The notes under the pieces were generated by a model, which did not search any database, had not been told where the DNA came from, and saw only the letters and a list, made by a program, of their open reading frames with translations. The translations under genes were made by a program, and so were the position numbers. A stretch of DNA of 64,000 bases, taken from Candidatus Latescibacterota bacterium (GTDB lineage: Bacteria > Latescibacterota > UBA2968 > GCA-2709665). Below, in pieces: positions 17,802 to 27,204 of this stretch (positions are counted from its first letter, which is position 1; each line of letters opens with the position of its first letter). The DNA lies in assembly GCA_965248435.1 (NCBI GenBank), contig OZ252100.1, positions 1,440,001 through 1,504,000 of the forward strand. The letters are read 5' to 3'.

Positions 17802-18923
17802 TTACCAATCCTGCACAGAACCATCCGGTCTACGCAAATGCGGTGGTTCACCTGGTGTATGTGGATGAGCGGCAGCGGCTTCTTCGTTTAAATCAATCCC
17901 CAAGCCGGGTTCGTCACAGCGTAGCAAATAACCGTCCTGTATCTTCAAATTATTTGGAATAACCTCATTCATCCATCCACCAGTAGGCGCGTATTCCTGT
18001 ACAGCGCAATTCGGCACGGACATATTCAGATGTAGCATTGCGGCGGTGCTTACCGGGCTGGCTGTATAATGCAAAGCCAGTTCTTGATAATGCACCTCAC
18101 CCATCACCGCAATCTTTTTGCCCTCCGTGATGCCGCCGCTATGGCAGATGTCCACCCGCAGATAGTCAATAAGTTCCTGTTCGATTAACTCACGAAACGC
18201 CCATTTCGTGGTCAATTGTTCTCCGGTGCCAAGTGCAACATTTGTATGCGCCCGCAAAGTCGCGAATGAAGCAGGATTCTCAGAACGAATTGGATCTTCG
18301 ACAAAGAATGGGCGATATTCCTCAATGGCGTTGCATAACTCAATAGCACGAGTTGGATTCAGCCGGGTATGAACTTCTAAGATGATTCCCCGTTCCATTC
18401 CGATAGCATTCCGTAACGCTTTGATATGCTCAATGCACCGGAGAACAGCGTGTGTCGGGTCAAATCCATCCTCAACTCCATTTGCCGGCGAAATACGCAA
18501 AACCTTCCAACCTTCCTCAAGTAAAGCCTGCGAATTTTCGACCAACTGTTCAGGTGTACCTCCTCCGACGTGACGATAAACCAGGACCTTATCGCGCGTC
18601 GCCCCGCCCAAAAGTCGATAGACAGGCACGCCCAACGCTTTGCCCTGCAAATCCCACAGGGCGATATCAATCCCCGCTAACGCAGATTGCAAAACCGGCC
18701 CACCACGCCAGAACGTCCCTCGGAAAATATCTTGCCAGATATGTTCGATGCGGGTAGCATCTTCACCCACCAACAGCGGTTTGATATGCCCTAGCGCTTC
18801 CACAACTGCCAATGACCGGCCGCTGAGTGAAGCCTCTCCAATGCCATACAAACCATCTTCGGTGATGATTTTTACATACACAAATTGCCCAACTGGAAAT
18901 ACTTTGACATCAGTAATTTTCAT
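17802..18923 (-). CDS. Galactonate dehydratase-like enolase superfamily (MR/MLE) enzyme
   Basis: GIGEASL, GIDIALWDLQGK, FFVEDP, TGE, PGLGIDLNE, DGSVQDW. Confidence 0.88.
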   Translation of the reverse strand: MKITDVKVFPVGQFVYVKIITEDGLYGIGEASLSGRSLAVVEALGHIKPLLVGEDATRIEHIWQDIFRGTFWRGGPVLQSALAGIDIALWDLQGKALGVPVYRLLGGATRDKVLVYRHVGGGTPEQLVENSQALLEEGWKVLRISPANGVEDGFDPTHAVLRCIEHIKALRNAIGMERGIILEVHTRLNPTRAIELCNAIEEYRPFFVEDPIRSENPASFATLRAHTNVALGTGEQLTTKWAFRELIEQELIDYLRVDICHSGGITEGKKIAVMGEVHYQELALHYTASPVSTAAMLHLNMSVPNCAVQEYAPTGGWMNEVIPNNLKIQDGYLLRCDEPGLGIDLNEEAAAAHPHTPGEPPHLRRPDGSVQDW

Positions 18924-19287
18924 GATTTTGCTGTTCTCCTTTCGTCTGGTACTGTCAAAAGTTAGCGTCTGAGAAGCCGGGAATCAAAAGAATAAAAGCT
19001 CGGTCTGCCGTCACGAGCTCCGCCGATCGCACCTCCACGCCCCCTTCCTCAGACCAAATTCGAATACGCCTGCTGACTCCGCGCCCTTTCCGCTGTCGCC
19101 TTGAGTGCGACCGGGGAGAAGTGCGTCCTCGCGGTGCCCCTTTCGTCTGCAGACAGCCCCACCAGGTCACCTGCCTTCGCCCAGGCTACTGCAAGACATG
19201 GCAACTCGACGATTCAAACGCCCCGCATTAGGCTGGCTCACCCTCCGCTACGCCCGACCCTGAGCTCGATTCCCTGCCAGGCTACGT

Positions 19288-19317
19288 GAGAACGCCGTTT
19301 ATTCTTCCTATCCGCTC
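19288..19317. repeat. Direct repeat copy 3 (30 bp)
   Basis: GAGAACGCCGTTTATTCTTCCTATCCGCTC. Confidence 0.9.
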
Positions 19318-19418
19318 CAGCGTCGTCTGGAACGGGAACGTCTCCGGCATGTCGATCTTCACACGCGCCAAGAGTGTTTCGCCTCTGCCTTCACGTTTTG
19401 CGTTTTGCGTTTCGCTGT

Positions 19419-20573
19419 CTACGCGACGATTTCCCCGATATCCAACAGGTACATCTGCCGCCCATCGCCTGAATGGGGCGAATCGATCGTCAGAAATCGC
19501 CCATCCCGGCTGCTGCGCGGGTGCGTGTCGCACCGCCACTCCTCGCGGTAGACGTCCGGGGAGTGGTATTCGCCCAGCTCGACCCTTCTGCTCGTGCGAA
19601 CGTGGTAGAGATAGGGACGCTGTATCCGGTCCGGCCCCGGGTAGGTGTCGTTCACGACCCAGTCCCGGTTGGGCAGGTAGCTGACGTGCCCGCCGAGGGC
19701 CCGTGCCTCGTGCCCACCCAGTGAAACGTCTCCGCCCTGCCGGTCCTCGAACAGGTAGACGCCCGGGCCGTTGGATGGTTGATCCGACTCGGCCAGAATG
19801 TGGTCCGGATCGCGCCAGATGAAGTGTCCGGTCAGCCCGTTGTCGTCGACGACCCGCAGGTCACTCCCGTCGGGGTTGGCCGTCAGCATACGCGTCCGTC
19901 GGCTGGCATCGGGAAAGCGCCAGCGGTGCAGAAAGACGAATCGGCTTCCGTCCGTGTTGACCAGCAGGTGATTGACGTAGTGCTTCACGTCGGTCGGGTC
20001 TCCGGGAAGGTCGCCGGTCGCGGCGATCTCGGCGATCGACAGGATCAGCTCCGACTCGCCCGTTTCCAGGTCCACCCGCCAGACGCCCGATGTGTCGGGA
20101 GCCACGTCGTCGGCCACCGGGTCGGCGATACCGACGTAGCCGTAGCCCGGCCGCACGTCCTGGATCCGGGCGAAGTCTGCGGAAACGCCCCACGTGCCGT
20201 CAGGGCTCACGGCGTAGACGGCGCGCCCGGCCGTCGTCGGCTCACCGTCGAAAACGTCCATCGTCCTGCAGACGTAACGACCGTCTTCGCGATCGTTCCA
20301 GACGATCGTCGAGGCCGTGCCGGGCAGCCATTGCAGCATGCATCCCTGCTGCCAGCACCAGGCCGTTGTCGTGCCGACCTCGATCCACCGGTCGCCGTCT
20401 TCCAGGTCGACCATGCCGATGCGGATGGCCTCCTCCGGCCTCGGCGTCCGGTGCTCGAAGTCGACTTCCATCCCCAGCACGTATCGGTCGGTCGGGTCGA
20501 ACTGCAGCTTGTCGTAGTACCCGAACCAGTGGTGCTTGGGCCCCCGCGTGATCATCCGACAGCAGGCGGTCAT
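19419..20573 (-). CDS. TolB/oligogalacturonate-lyase-like beta-propeller protein
   Basis: HHWFGYYDK, AWCWQQG, RCDTHPRSSRDG, IDS...RQMY; start at ATG 20573 with AGAGGA RBS. Confidence 0.75.
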   Translation of the reverse strand: MTACCRMITRGPKHHWFGYYDKLQFDPTDRYVLGMEVDFEHRTPRPEEAIRIGMVDLEDGDRWIEVGTTTAWCWQQGCMLQWLPGTASTIVWNDREDGRYVCRTMDVFDGEPTTAGRAVYAVSPDGTWGVSADFARIQDVRPGYGYVGIADPVADDVAPDTSGVWRVDLETGESELILSIAEIAATGDLPGDPTDVKHYVNHLLVNTDGSRFVFLHRWRFPDASRRTRMLTANPDGSDLRVVDDNGLTGHFIWRDPDHILAESDQPSNGPGVYLFEDRQGGDVSLGGHEARALGGHVSYLPNRDWVVNDTYPGPDRIQRPYLYHVRTSRRVELGEYHSPDVYREEWRCDTHPRSSRDGRFLTIDSPHSGDGRQMYLLDIGEIVA

Positions 20574-20623
20574 GCCAGGCTCCTCTATCGGGTCGTAATT
20601 CAATCTATAGGGCGTCGACAGGC

Positions 20624-21022
20624 CTACGTCGGGCACACGACGGTCTTCAGACCCTCGCGCCGCGCCGCCACCTCGAACGCCTCTGCGGTATCGAAAGACA
20701 CTTTCCACGGGTAGTTCCCGAAGGCGTAGACGTCGCGTCCGCACGACGGGCAGCCCAGGTTCGCGTTGACGTGGATTCCTCGCGGCACCTCCTGACCCGT
20801 GATCAGGTTCCAGATCTCCTCGTCGGACATCGCGAGCCACGGCTCGCATCGTCTCTCGACGGCCAGTTCCGCCTTTGCCCAGTCGTAGCGCTTCACGTTT
20901 TCACGCGCGTTCTGAATCTGCTCCGCCGTCCAAAGCGAGGTCCCGTCCTTCGCGGCAGCGATCTTAACAAACGTGCAGATGAAGACGAGTACCACTGCGA
21001 CCATCACCAAGAACTCCATCAT
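20624..21022 (-). pseudogene. Truncated secreted protein (heparinase II/III-like N-terminus) fused to an unrelated tail
   Basis: Signal peptide, NARENVKRYDWAK, MSDEEIW, GCPSCG...YPWK, then an abrupt short tail; GGAGG RBS. Confidence 0.5.
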
Positions 21023-21105
21023 CGGCCTCCCGGAAGGCTGTAAAGCCGCCACTGCCACTTACTTGAGTATTGAGAATCGAGCATTGAACATTGAGAATTG
21101 AGGCC

Positions 21106-23082
21106 TCAATTCAGCAGCTTTGCGCTAAGCCCGTACTTTTCCATTTCGCGCCTCACCCTTCTCACGGGTTTCATATCCGGCCCCCACGGCTGGACGATCG
21201 ACGCTCGTTTACCGAGCGCGCGAATGCAGTCCGGTATGTCGAGCTGCCGCAGCGCGCCGCGAAGGAAGTTCGCGTGGGGCCACGCAACGATGGGGACGGA
21301 CGTCCATTGCAAGAAGGAGAGAGGAGCGTTCTTCAGCGTGACGTCTCCGACGGATTTATGAAGGAGTCCTGCGAAGAGAGCGATAAGGGCGCCTTGACCG
21401 CGCCCTGCCAGATGGACCTTCTTCGCGCCCTCGCGGACGAGAAGGTCGAGCGTCGAGAGGACGTCGTGGACGCGCCGACCGACATAGCTCTCCCCGAGCA
21501 TCTCCGCGTGACTGTTCATCATGTAGTCCATCCCGTAGGCCTGGAAGAAGTCGCCGACCCCGTCGTCGGGGAGCGATTCGCCGAGCCCTCGGACGTCGAT
21601 CGCGTAAAGCGGAGCGGATCGGGCGAGGGAGGCCGCAAGCGCGTCGGAGGTGAGGTCTTCCTCGCTGGATGTGTGTGGTATGAAGAGATGGACTGCCGGC
21701 TCGACGTCCAGTGAGACGGAGTGCCGGGTGGTCATGCGCTTTCGGAGGATCGCGCGGATGTCGCCTTCCGTCTCAATGGCGTAGCGCGCGTGGGTCTGTC
21801 CCTCGAGTCGATCCGGGCGAAGCACGCGGTAATGCGGCGCGGGACCTCTTCTGGGCAGGACGAGAAGCCTCTTGAGTCTGCGACGGACCTCGGTTCTGCT
21901 GAGCCGCTTTCGCATCGATGCGGCGTCCTCGGCGGACCTCTTGATCATCTGGTAGATCGGTGTCGCCCCCGCGGGTATCACCTCGCCTTTAGGTGTCGCG
22001 TTGAGCTCAGGAGCATCGACAAGCGGCGCCTTTTTCAAAGGGCGATAGGGCCGGACGCCCGCCTGCTTGCAGAAGAAGCGAACCATGGCCTCCTGGTTGT
22101 GGACCGAGTAGCCATGGCCCTGAGGACCGATGAAGAAATCCGTTTTCGACTTCGCGCCGAGAACGTCGTAAAAGTGGCGGATCTCCTGGTATGCGGTCCG
22201 AAGTCCGCGCCGATCGAAGTAGTCGTAGGTCTGGCCGAGAAGCATGACCGGCTGTGGGGCCCTCGCGATGAGGAAGTCGGCCATGTCCAGGCCGGCCCCG
22301 ATAACCCCTGGCGGATACTGCTCCGCGTCGGCAGGAAGCTCGTTCTCGAGGTTGTTCTGGAAGGAGGTGACGAAGCAGCTCGGCGCGGCCATCGTGAAGC
22401 GAGGCTCCCAGGCCCAGGTCCAAGTCGTCATCGTGCCGCCGCCCGAGTTTCCGGTAAGTCCGACACGAGTGGGATCCACTTCCGGTCTGGTGAGGAGGTA
22501 GTCGAGTGCTCTGACCGCGTCCCAGGCCCTCCAGGCGCCGAACCAGTCTCCGAGGAGGTCGAGCTGCTTGCCCATCATGTTGTGGGCGCGCGTGCACGCG
22601 CGGACGGACTCTCGGTCCTTTAAGCCATAGTACTGGTCGCGTTCCCCCTGGTTGAACGGGTCGAAGATGAGGGCGACGAATCCGTTGTGTGCAAGCCGCT
22701 GACAGAAACCTTGATACAGCGGCTCCTGCTTCCCCGCCATGCTGTGACCGCAGGACCCGATAACTCCAGGCGCAGGGCGTTCGAGATCGTTGGGGATGTA
22801 GAGGTTGGCCGTCACCAGACATCCGGGTCGGCTCTGGAAGAGGACCTTCTCGGTGCGATGGGCGCGACGTTCGACGACGCCGGTGATCTGCACCTCGAGG
22901 GGCGTCTTCTTCGGCCGTGGTCCGAACGCCTTTCGGATCGCGCGTTGAACGTCGGCCTGATAGCTCAGGGCTTGTCGGCGCGACCGTATCGAAGCGAGCC
23001 GCTCGGACCTCTGCGCGCCAAGATCCCGGATCCGCGACACGTAGTCGTCGAGGACCATGTGGGCATAGCCGTTGTGGGGCAT
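21106..23082 (-). CDS. Two-domain alpha/beta hydrolase (acetylxylan esterase-like), paralog of 13010-15187
   Basis: VTANLYIP, CGHS, FDPFNQGER, GLTGNSGGG. Confidence 0.85.
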   Translation of the reverse strand: MPHNGYAHMVLDDYVSRIRDLGAQRSERLASIRSRRQALSYQADVQRAIRKAFGPRPKKTPLEVQITGVVERRAHRTEKVLFQSRPGCLVTANLYIPNDLERPAPGVIGSCGHSMAGKQEPLYQGFCQRLAHNGFVALIFDPFNQGERDQYYGLKDRESVRACTRAHNMMGKQLDLLGDWFGAWRAWDAVRALDYLLTRPEVDPTRVGLTGNSGGGTMTTWTWAWEPRFTMAAPSCFVTSFQNNLENELPADAEQYPPGVIGAGLDMADFLIARAPQPVMLLGQTYDYFDRRGLRTAYQEIRHFYDVLGAKSKTDFFIGPQGHGYSVHNQEAMVRFFCKQAGVRPYRPLKKAPLVDAPELNATPKGEVIPAGATPIYQMIKRSAEDAASMRKRLSRTEVRRRLKRLLVLPRRGPAPHYRVLRPDRLEGQTHARYAIETEGDIRAILRKRMTTRHSVSLDVEPAVHLFIPHTSSEEDLTSDALAASLARSAPLYAIDVRGLGESLPDDGVGDFFQAYGMDYMMNSHAEMLGESYVGRRVHDVLSTLDLLVREGAKKVHLAGRGQGALIALFAGLLHKSVGDVTLKNAPLSFLQWTSVPIVAWPHANFLRGALRQLDIPDCIRALGKRASIVQPWGPDMKPVRRVRREMEKYGLSAKLLN

Positions 23083-23161
23083 TCGCTGCTCCTCGGGAAG
23101 GTAGACGATGACACCGCAATATAAGGGCCGTACACCAACATTGGGAGCGGCGAGGGGAGGG

Positions 23162-23242
23162 CTAGAACTCGAACTCCAGCCCTCCGACGGGGAGCAGGGA
23201 GAACTGAGTCGAGGTGTCGATTGCGTCGGTCTCGTAGGCCTG
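23162..23242 (-). pseudogene. C-terminal remnant of an outer-membrane beta-barrel (TonB-dependent receptor-like)
   Basis: QAYETDAIDTSTQFSLLPVGGLEFEF* with a terminal Phe beta-signal; no upstream body. Confidence 0.45.
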
Positions 23243-23282
23243 ACGTTCGAGATACGAGATACGGTTCTTTACCCGCGAACGT

Positions 23283-24917
23283 CTATGCCTTGAAGCAGAA
23301 CGAATACAGCCGGGCGTCCCGCATGTAGAACTTGAGACGTATCGTCCGGCCTTTCAAGTCCCCGATTTTCGATCCTGACTTCCAGGTGACGGGGATGCTG
23401 AACCCGTTTTCGCTGATCTCCGCAGCGTCCTTGCAGTAAAAGCCATCAATCCTCTCTCCGTCCGGTTCAACCGCTTCGACTTTCAACAAACCCCGGCGGG
23501 CGTCGGCATTCACCTCGAGACGGTCACCTTCGACAACGAACGGTTTTGTCATCAGCACACCCAGCTCGTCGCCGGCGGTTCTGGCCACCAATCTCTCCTT
23601 AGGGAGTCGGGCGATCCCGACGGTGTGATGTGGGATGTGTTCAACAGGTGCGGCGTTGTGGCCGGTCCAACATCCCGTGTAGTAAATACGGAGCTCGTCG
23701 CCGTACGGAATCAGGGGCTGGTGAGCGGCATATATGGTGCCGCCGTCGAAGTCGCCGACATAACCCCTCTGGATGAACACCGGTCGGTTGGCCAGCCGCT
23801 CCCAGTGAAATCCGTCGCGGCTGAAGGCCAGGTGCAGCTCGAAGATCTCGGGTTCATCGGGCGAGCCGGGCAGCCTTCTCGGCCCCCAGGAGTAGTAGAC
23901 CTGAAGCATGCCGATGTAGAGCCCTTTGTAAAGCGTGACATCCATGTTGTACAGCCTGGGGGGATCGAGCTCGTCGGGATGTATGACAACCGACGGCTCG
24001 GTCCAGTGAATGAAGTCCTCGCTCTCGGCCCGGGCGATCCGACGGTTGCAGCCGCGGTGACGGCCCCGGGAGATGCGCAGAGACCGGGTGCCTGTATACG
24101 GAAATACCTTCAGATACCGATGAATGTAATCCTCGGTCTCCCAGCGGTTCACGAAATCCTCTTCCGCCGGAAACCTGGGCTTTTTCGTCACATCTTGAAA
24201 CTCGGTTTTGTCATCCGTGTAAAAATCACCGGTATACACATCTCTGTCGGGAAACCCGAGTTCCTCGGGATCGAACTGATTGTCCAGTGGCAGGACCGTC
24301 GGCCTGCAGAACAGCACGTACTTTCCTAATTTGGGATCGTAGACGAAGGAGTTGCTCCCGTCCCGGGAGTTCTTCAGAACGGACTTCCCGGACGGGTAGT
24401 CGTTCCACCGAATACCATCGGGTGAAAATGCTGCAAACACCCTGCCCCCGACCGATCGGCGCTTGACGAGCATTTTATAGCGTCTTTCAGGATCCGTCTC
24501 GTGTGTATCCTTCAAGACGAAACCGCAACCCTCCTCGAAAACAAGATTGTTTTCCTTAGATCCCCTGTAGTCAATAAGCCCGAGGTTCGGGAACTCCCAG
24601 TCGATACCGTTTCCTGAGACCGCGTATCCTCCCCTGTACATGTAATTGTTGGAATAGCCCGGTGGAAAAGTGTCGGCGTTCTTGTCGACAATCGTGTACC
24701 AGAGTTTGAACAGCTTCTCCTCTTCGTCGTACATCACCGACTGGGCGACCACGCTGCACTCACCGACCTGCGGACTGGAATTGATGATGGGATTTCCCGT
24801 GTATTTCACCGGTATTTCCGGCGATCTTCTTATGTTCCAGCAGTCATCCACCGCGAAGTTGTCGAGTAAGAGCTGGGTTTCGCACCCGACCTGTATGATG
24901 TTCAAGCGTTCCGGCAT
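23283..24917 (-). CDS. Glycoside-hydrolase-like five-bladed beta-propeller protein
   Basis: YAVSGNGIDWE, AFSPDGIRW, AESEDFIHW and AFSRDGFHW repeats; LEVNADA; RTIRLKFYMRDARLYSF C-terminus. Confidence 0.7.
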   Translation of the reverse strand: MPERLNIIQVGCETQLLLDNFAVDDCWNIRRSPEIPVKYTGNPIINSSPQVGECSVVAQSVMYDEEEKLFKLWYTIVDKNADTFPPGYSNNYMYRGGYAVSGNGIDWEFPNLGLIDYRGSKENNLVFEEGCGFVLKDTHETDPERRYKMLVKRRSVGGRVFAAFSPDGIRWNDYPSGKSVLKNSRDGSNSFVYDPKLGKYVLFCRPTVLPLDNQFDPEELGFPDRDVYTGDFYTDDKTEFQDVTKKPRFPAEEDFVNRWETEDYIHRYLKVFPYTGTRSLRISRGRHRGCNRRIARAESEDFIHWTEPSVVIHPDELDPPRLYNMDVTLYKGLYIGMLQVYYSWGPRRLPGSPDEPEIFELHLAFSRDGFHWERLANRPVFIQRGYVGDFDGGTIYAAHQPLIPYGDELRIYYTGCWTGHNAAPVEHIPHHTVGIARLPKERLVARTAGDELGVLMTKPFVVEGDRLEVNADARRGLLKVEAVEPDGERIDGFYCKDAAEISENGFSIPVTWKSGSKIGDLKGRTIRLKFYMRDARLYSFCFKA

Positions 24918-25087
24918 TTTCCAGTCCTCCTTAAGAATCAGTAATCTTATACCACGGGAATCTCCCGATGTGGAGCCCGCACGGTCTGAATCGATCTGTC
25001 ATCCAGCCGACTATATGATGCCGGCTCTGCAGTTCGCCGGTACACGTCAGGCATTGACGCCGGACGTGCCGGGGCTCATCTAATCAC

Positions 25088-26887
25088 CTAAAAAGAAAGC
25101 TGGCTCCTGTGCAGCGTCAAGGAATAGACAATTTCTCCATCGATATTGACGATTTTATACGTTACTGTCGGATCCTCGACTGTGGTATCGAATTCCAGCA
25201 GTCCGCACGAAGGTTTGGCATTGTAGGAAAAGAGCGCGTGATCCTTGGTTCCGTGACTTATCGGATTGGTCAGCTTGGAAGATTCGAACTCGTAAAAATC
25301 ATAACCGTCCGACCACGGAATCCGATAGGCATCCGATCGATGCCTATCCGCTGAAACAAGGACAACCCCCTCGACCCGGTTCTGGTGGATAAAATCGAAA
25401 AGTTCATTCCGTTCCTGTCTGAATCCGTTCCAGGTATCCAGGCTTTTCCCCTTGGAACGGAACTCCCACGGCACCGATGAGGCGATCACTTTGAAGGTGG
25501 CATCCGATTTGGTGAGCCGGTCTTTGAGCCACGCCTTTTGTCGCGGACCCAGCATCGTTGGGACCTCACCCGGGATATGAGGGCTTGTTCGGTAGTAGCG
25601 GCAATCCAGCAAGAAGAAATCGACATCGCCAAAGGAGAAAGTGAAAAACGTCCCTGGCAACTCAGGCAGATCCTCTCTTCCCGGATTGATCCAGTTCTGC
25701 TGAAAGATATCCCACGTGATCGGCTTGAATGATGCGTCCAAAGCGTAGACTTTGTGTTGACGCTCCGGGATGAAATCGGTGTCCAGATCAAGGCCATTCT
25801 GCCCACCTGCGGCGCTGGCATACGGCGACCATCCCTCTCCATTCCATCCGCCGGCCGCCGTATCAGTCACCTTCTCGGGCAAAAAGATGTGCAATCCTCC
25901 CTTCTGCCATCGACTGGCGACACTGCCAGCCCAATCGAAAGCATCCCAGACGTTCGGTCCCCCCCAGCTGTCGTTGTCAGAAAAATCATGATCATCCCAG
26001 ATCGCATATACCGACGTTGATGCCGTCAATCTCCGCCACCCCGGGATCGACTGTCGGCGATAGTAGCAGTACCGCTGCATGGCCGGCCGAAACGGATCGT
26101 CGATGTAGACGTTATCTCCCAACATCAGAAGCGCGCTTGGATTCAGGGCTCGAACGGTATCCCACATACGTTCATTTTCAGGAAAGTATCCCGCCCCACC
26201 TCCAAAAGCCACACGGAACTCAGCGGGAGATCCAGCCCTGGGAGGGGTCCTGAATTGCTGGTATGGTTCAGCGTGCAGGTCATCATCGATCTCGACGGCA
26301 TACTCATATCGCGTGTCGGGTTCAAGTCCATCGACACCGAGAGTGACTGTGTAATCTGAGGATTCAAGCGACCGAGCTTTTGACGAGGCTATCGAAAAAG
26401 TCGTTGACTGAGAAGGACGCATCTTGATTTGAACCATCGCTTCCTTTGCCGTCCTGACCCAGAAAAGAGCGCTTGATTCAGTAACGGAACCTATCATCGG
26501 GCCGTGAGTCGGTTTGATCACGGAGTCATCTATCAGCTCTCTTATGGCGGATTGTTTCAGCAATGGTTCCAACAAGAACCGGGGTCCGGCAACCAGACGG
26601 CTCGGATGAAGACCCAGATCCAGCGCTCGCTTTATGCGCGTTATCGCCGTGTCCACCTGCCCCATCTGGGCATAGGCCACCCCCATAAGAAAGTGCGCCT
26701 CCGCATCATCAGGATTTTCTTGTAGAAAGAGTTTTGCTTCCTCTACCGTCTTCTCCGGTTGCCGATCCAGTATCGCGCGTAACAAGGCCTGGTGATAGCG
26801 AGAGTATGTGATCGCGTCCGCGACCGTTCCGGTGCAGAACAGGGCAACCATCACGATGAACATCAGCTTTAAATTACCTCTCTTCAT
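25088..26887 (-). CDS. PhoD-like alkaline phosphatase with signal peptide and TPR
   Basis: HGPMIG, LGDNVYID, IWDDHD, LDCRYYR, SADRH. Confidence 0.88.
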   Translation of the reverse strand: MKRGNLKLMFIVMVALFCTGTVADAITYSRYHQALLRAILDRQPEKTVEEAKLFLQENPDDAEAHFLMGVAYAQMGQVDTAITRIKRALDLGLHPSRLVAGPRFLLEPLLKQSAIRELIDDSVIKPTHGPMIGSVTESSALFWVRTAKEAMVQIKMRPSQSTTFSIASSKARSLESSDYTVTLGVDGLEPDTRYEYAVEIDDDLHAEPYQQFRTPPRAGSPAEFRVAFGGGAGYFPENERMWDTVRALNPSALLMLGDNVYIDDPFRPAMQRYCYYRRQSIPGWRRLTASTSVYAIWDDHDFSDNDSWGGPNVWDAFDWAGSVASRWQKGGLHIFLPEKVTDTAAGGWNGEGWSPYASAAGGQNGLDLDTDFIPERQHKVYALDASFKPITWDIFQQNWINPGREDLPELPGTFFTFSFGDVDFFLLDCRYYRTSPHIPGEVPTMLGPRQKAWLKDRLTKSDATFKVIASSVPWEFRSKGKSLDTWNGFRQERNELFDFIHQNRVEGVVLVSADRHRSDAYRIPWSDGYDFYEFESSKLTNPISHGTKDHALFSYNAKPSCGLLEFDTTVEDPTVTYKIVNIDGEIVYSLTLHRSQLSF

Positions 26888-26924
26888 CTCTACACCTCTC
26901 AGGAGATCGTACCTCGTATCTCGG

Positions 26925-27140
26925 ACCTAACCCCCCCGGCCCCCCTTCCCTAAAGGGAAGGGGGGAGAATGGGTTCGCTTTGTCGATAGCCAAGAGCAAT
27001 GCCTCCACCTTCCCTCCCCTTTAGGGGAGGGACCGAGGGAGGGGTCCAAAACGAAAAACGACAATCCACCGCCATTTCCGAGATACGCTTCACGAGATAC
27101 GGTCTTTTCATGAAAGGGCGAACACAAGGTTCGCCCCTAC
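26925..27140. repeat. Cluster of REP-like elements (CCCC/GGGG palindromes, GAGATAC heptamers, GTAG-type REP 27115-27140)
   Basis: cccttccctaaagggaaggg; ctcccctttaggggag; minus-strand GTAGGGGCGAACCTTGTGTTCGCCCT. Confidence 0.7.
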
Positions 27141-27204
27141 GGTTGAAGATTCGACCAACGAGGAACGACGGTTTTCTTTCCCGGTACCCTTGCCTTGAAG
27201 CTCT

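Noticed and set aside
15485-19317. 18-30 bp repeat as a dif/pdif site, CRISPR repeat or tRNA 3' end
   Set aside because: There is no XerD arm (TTATGTTAAAT-like), the spacing is kilobases, and there are no T-loop or CCA features.
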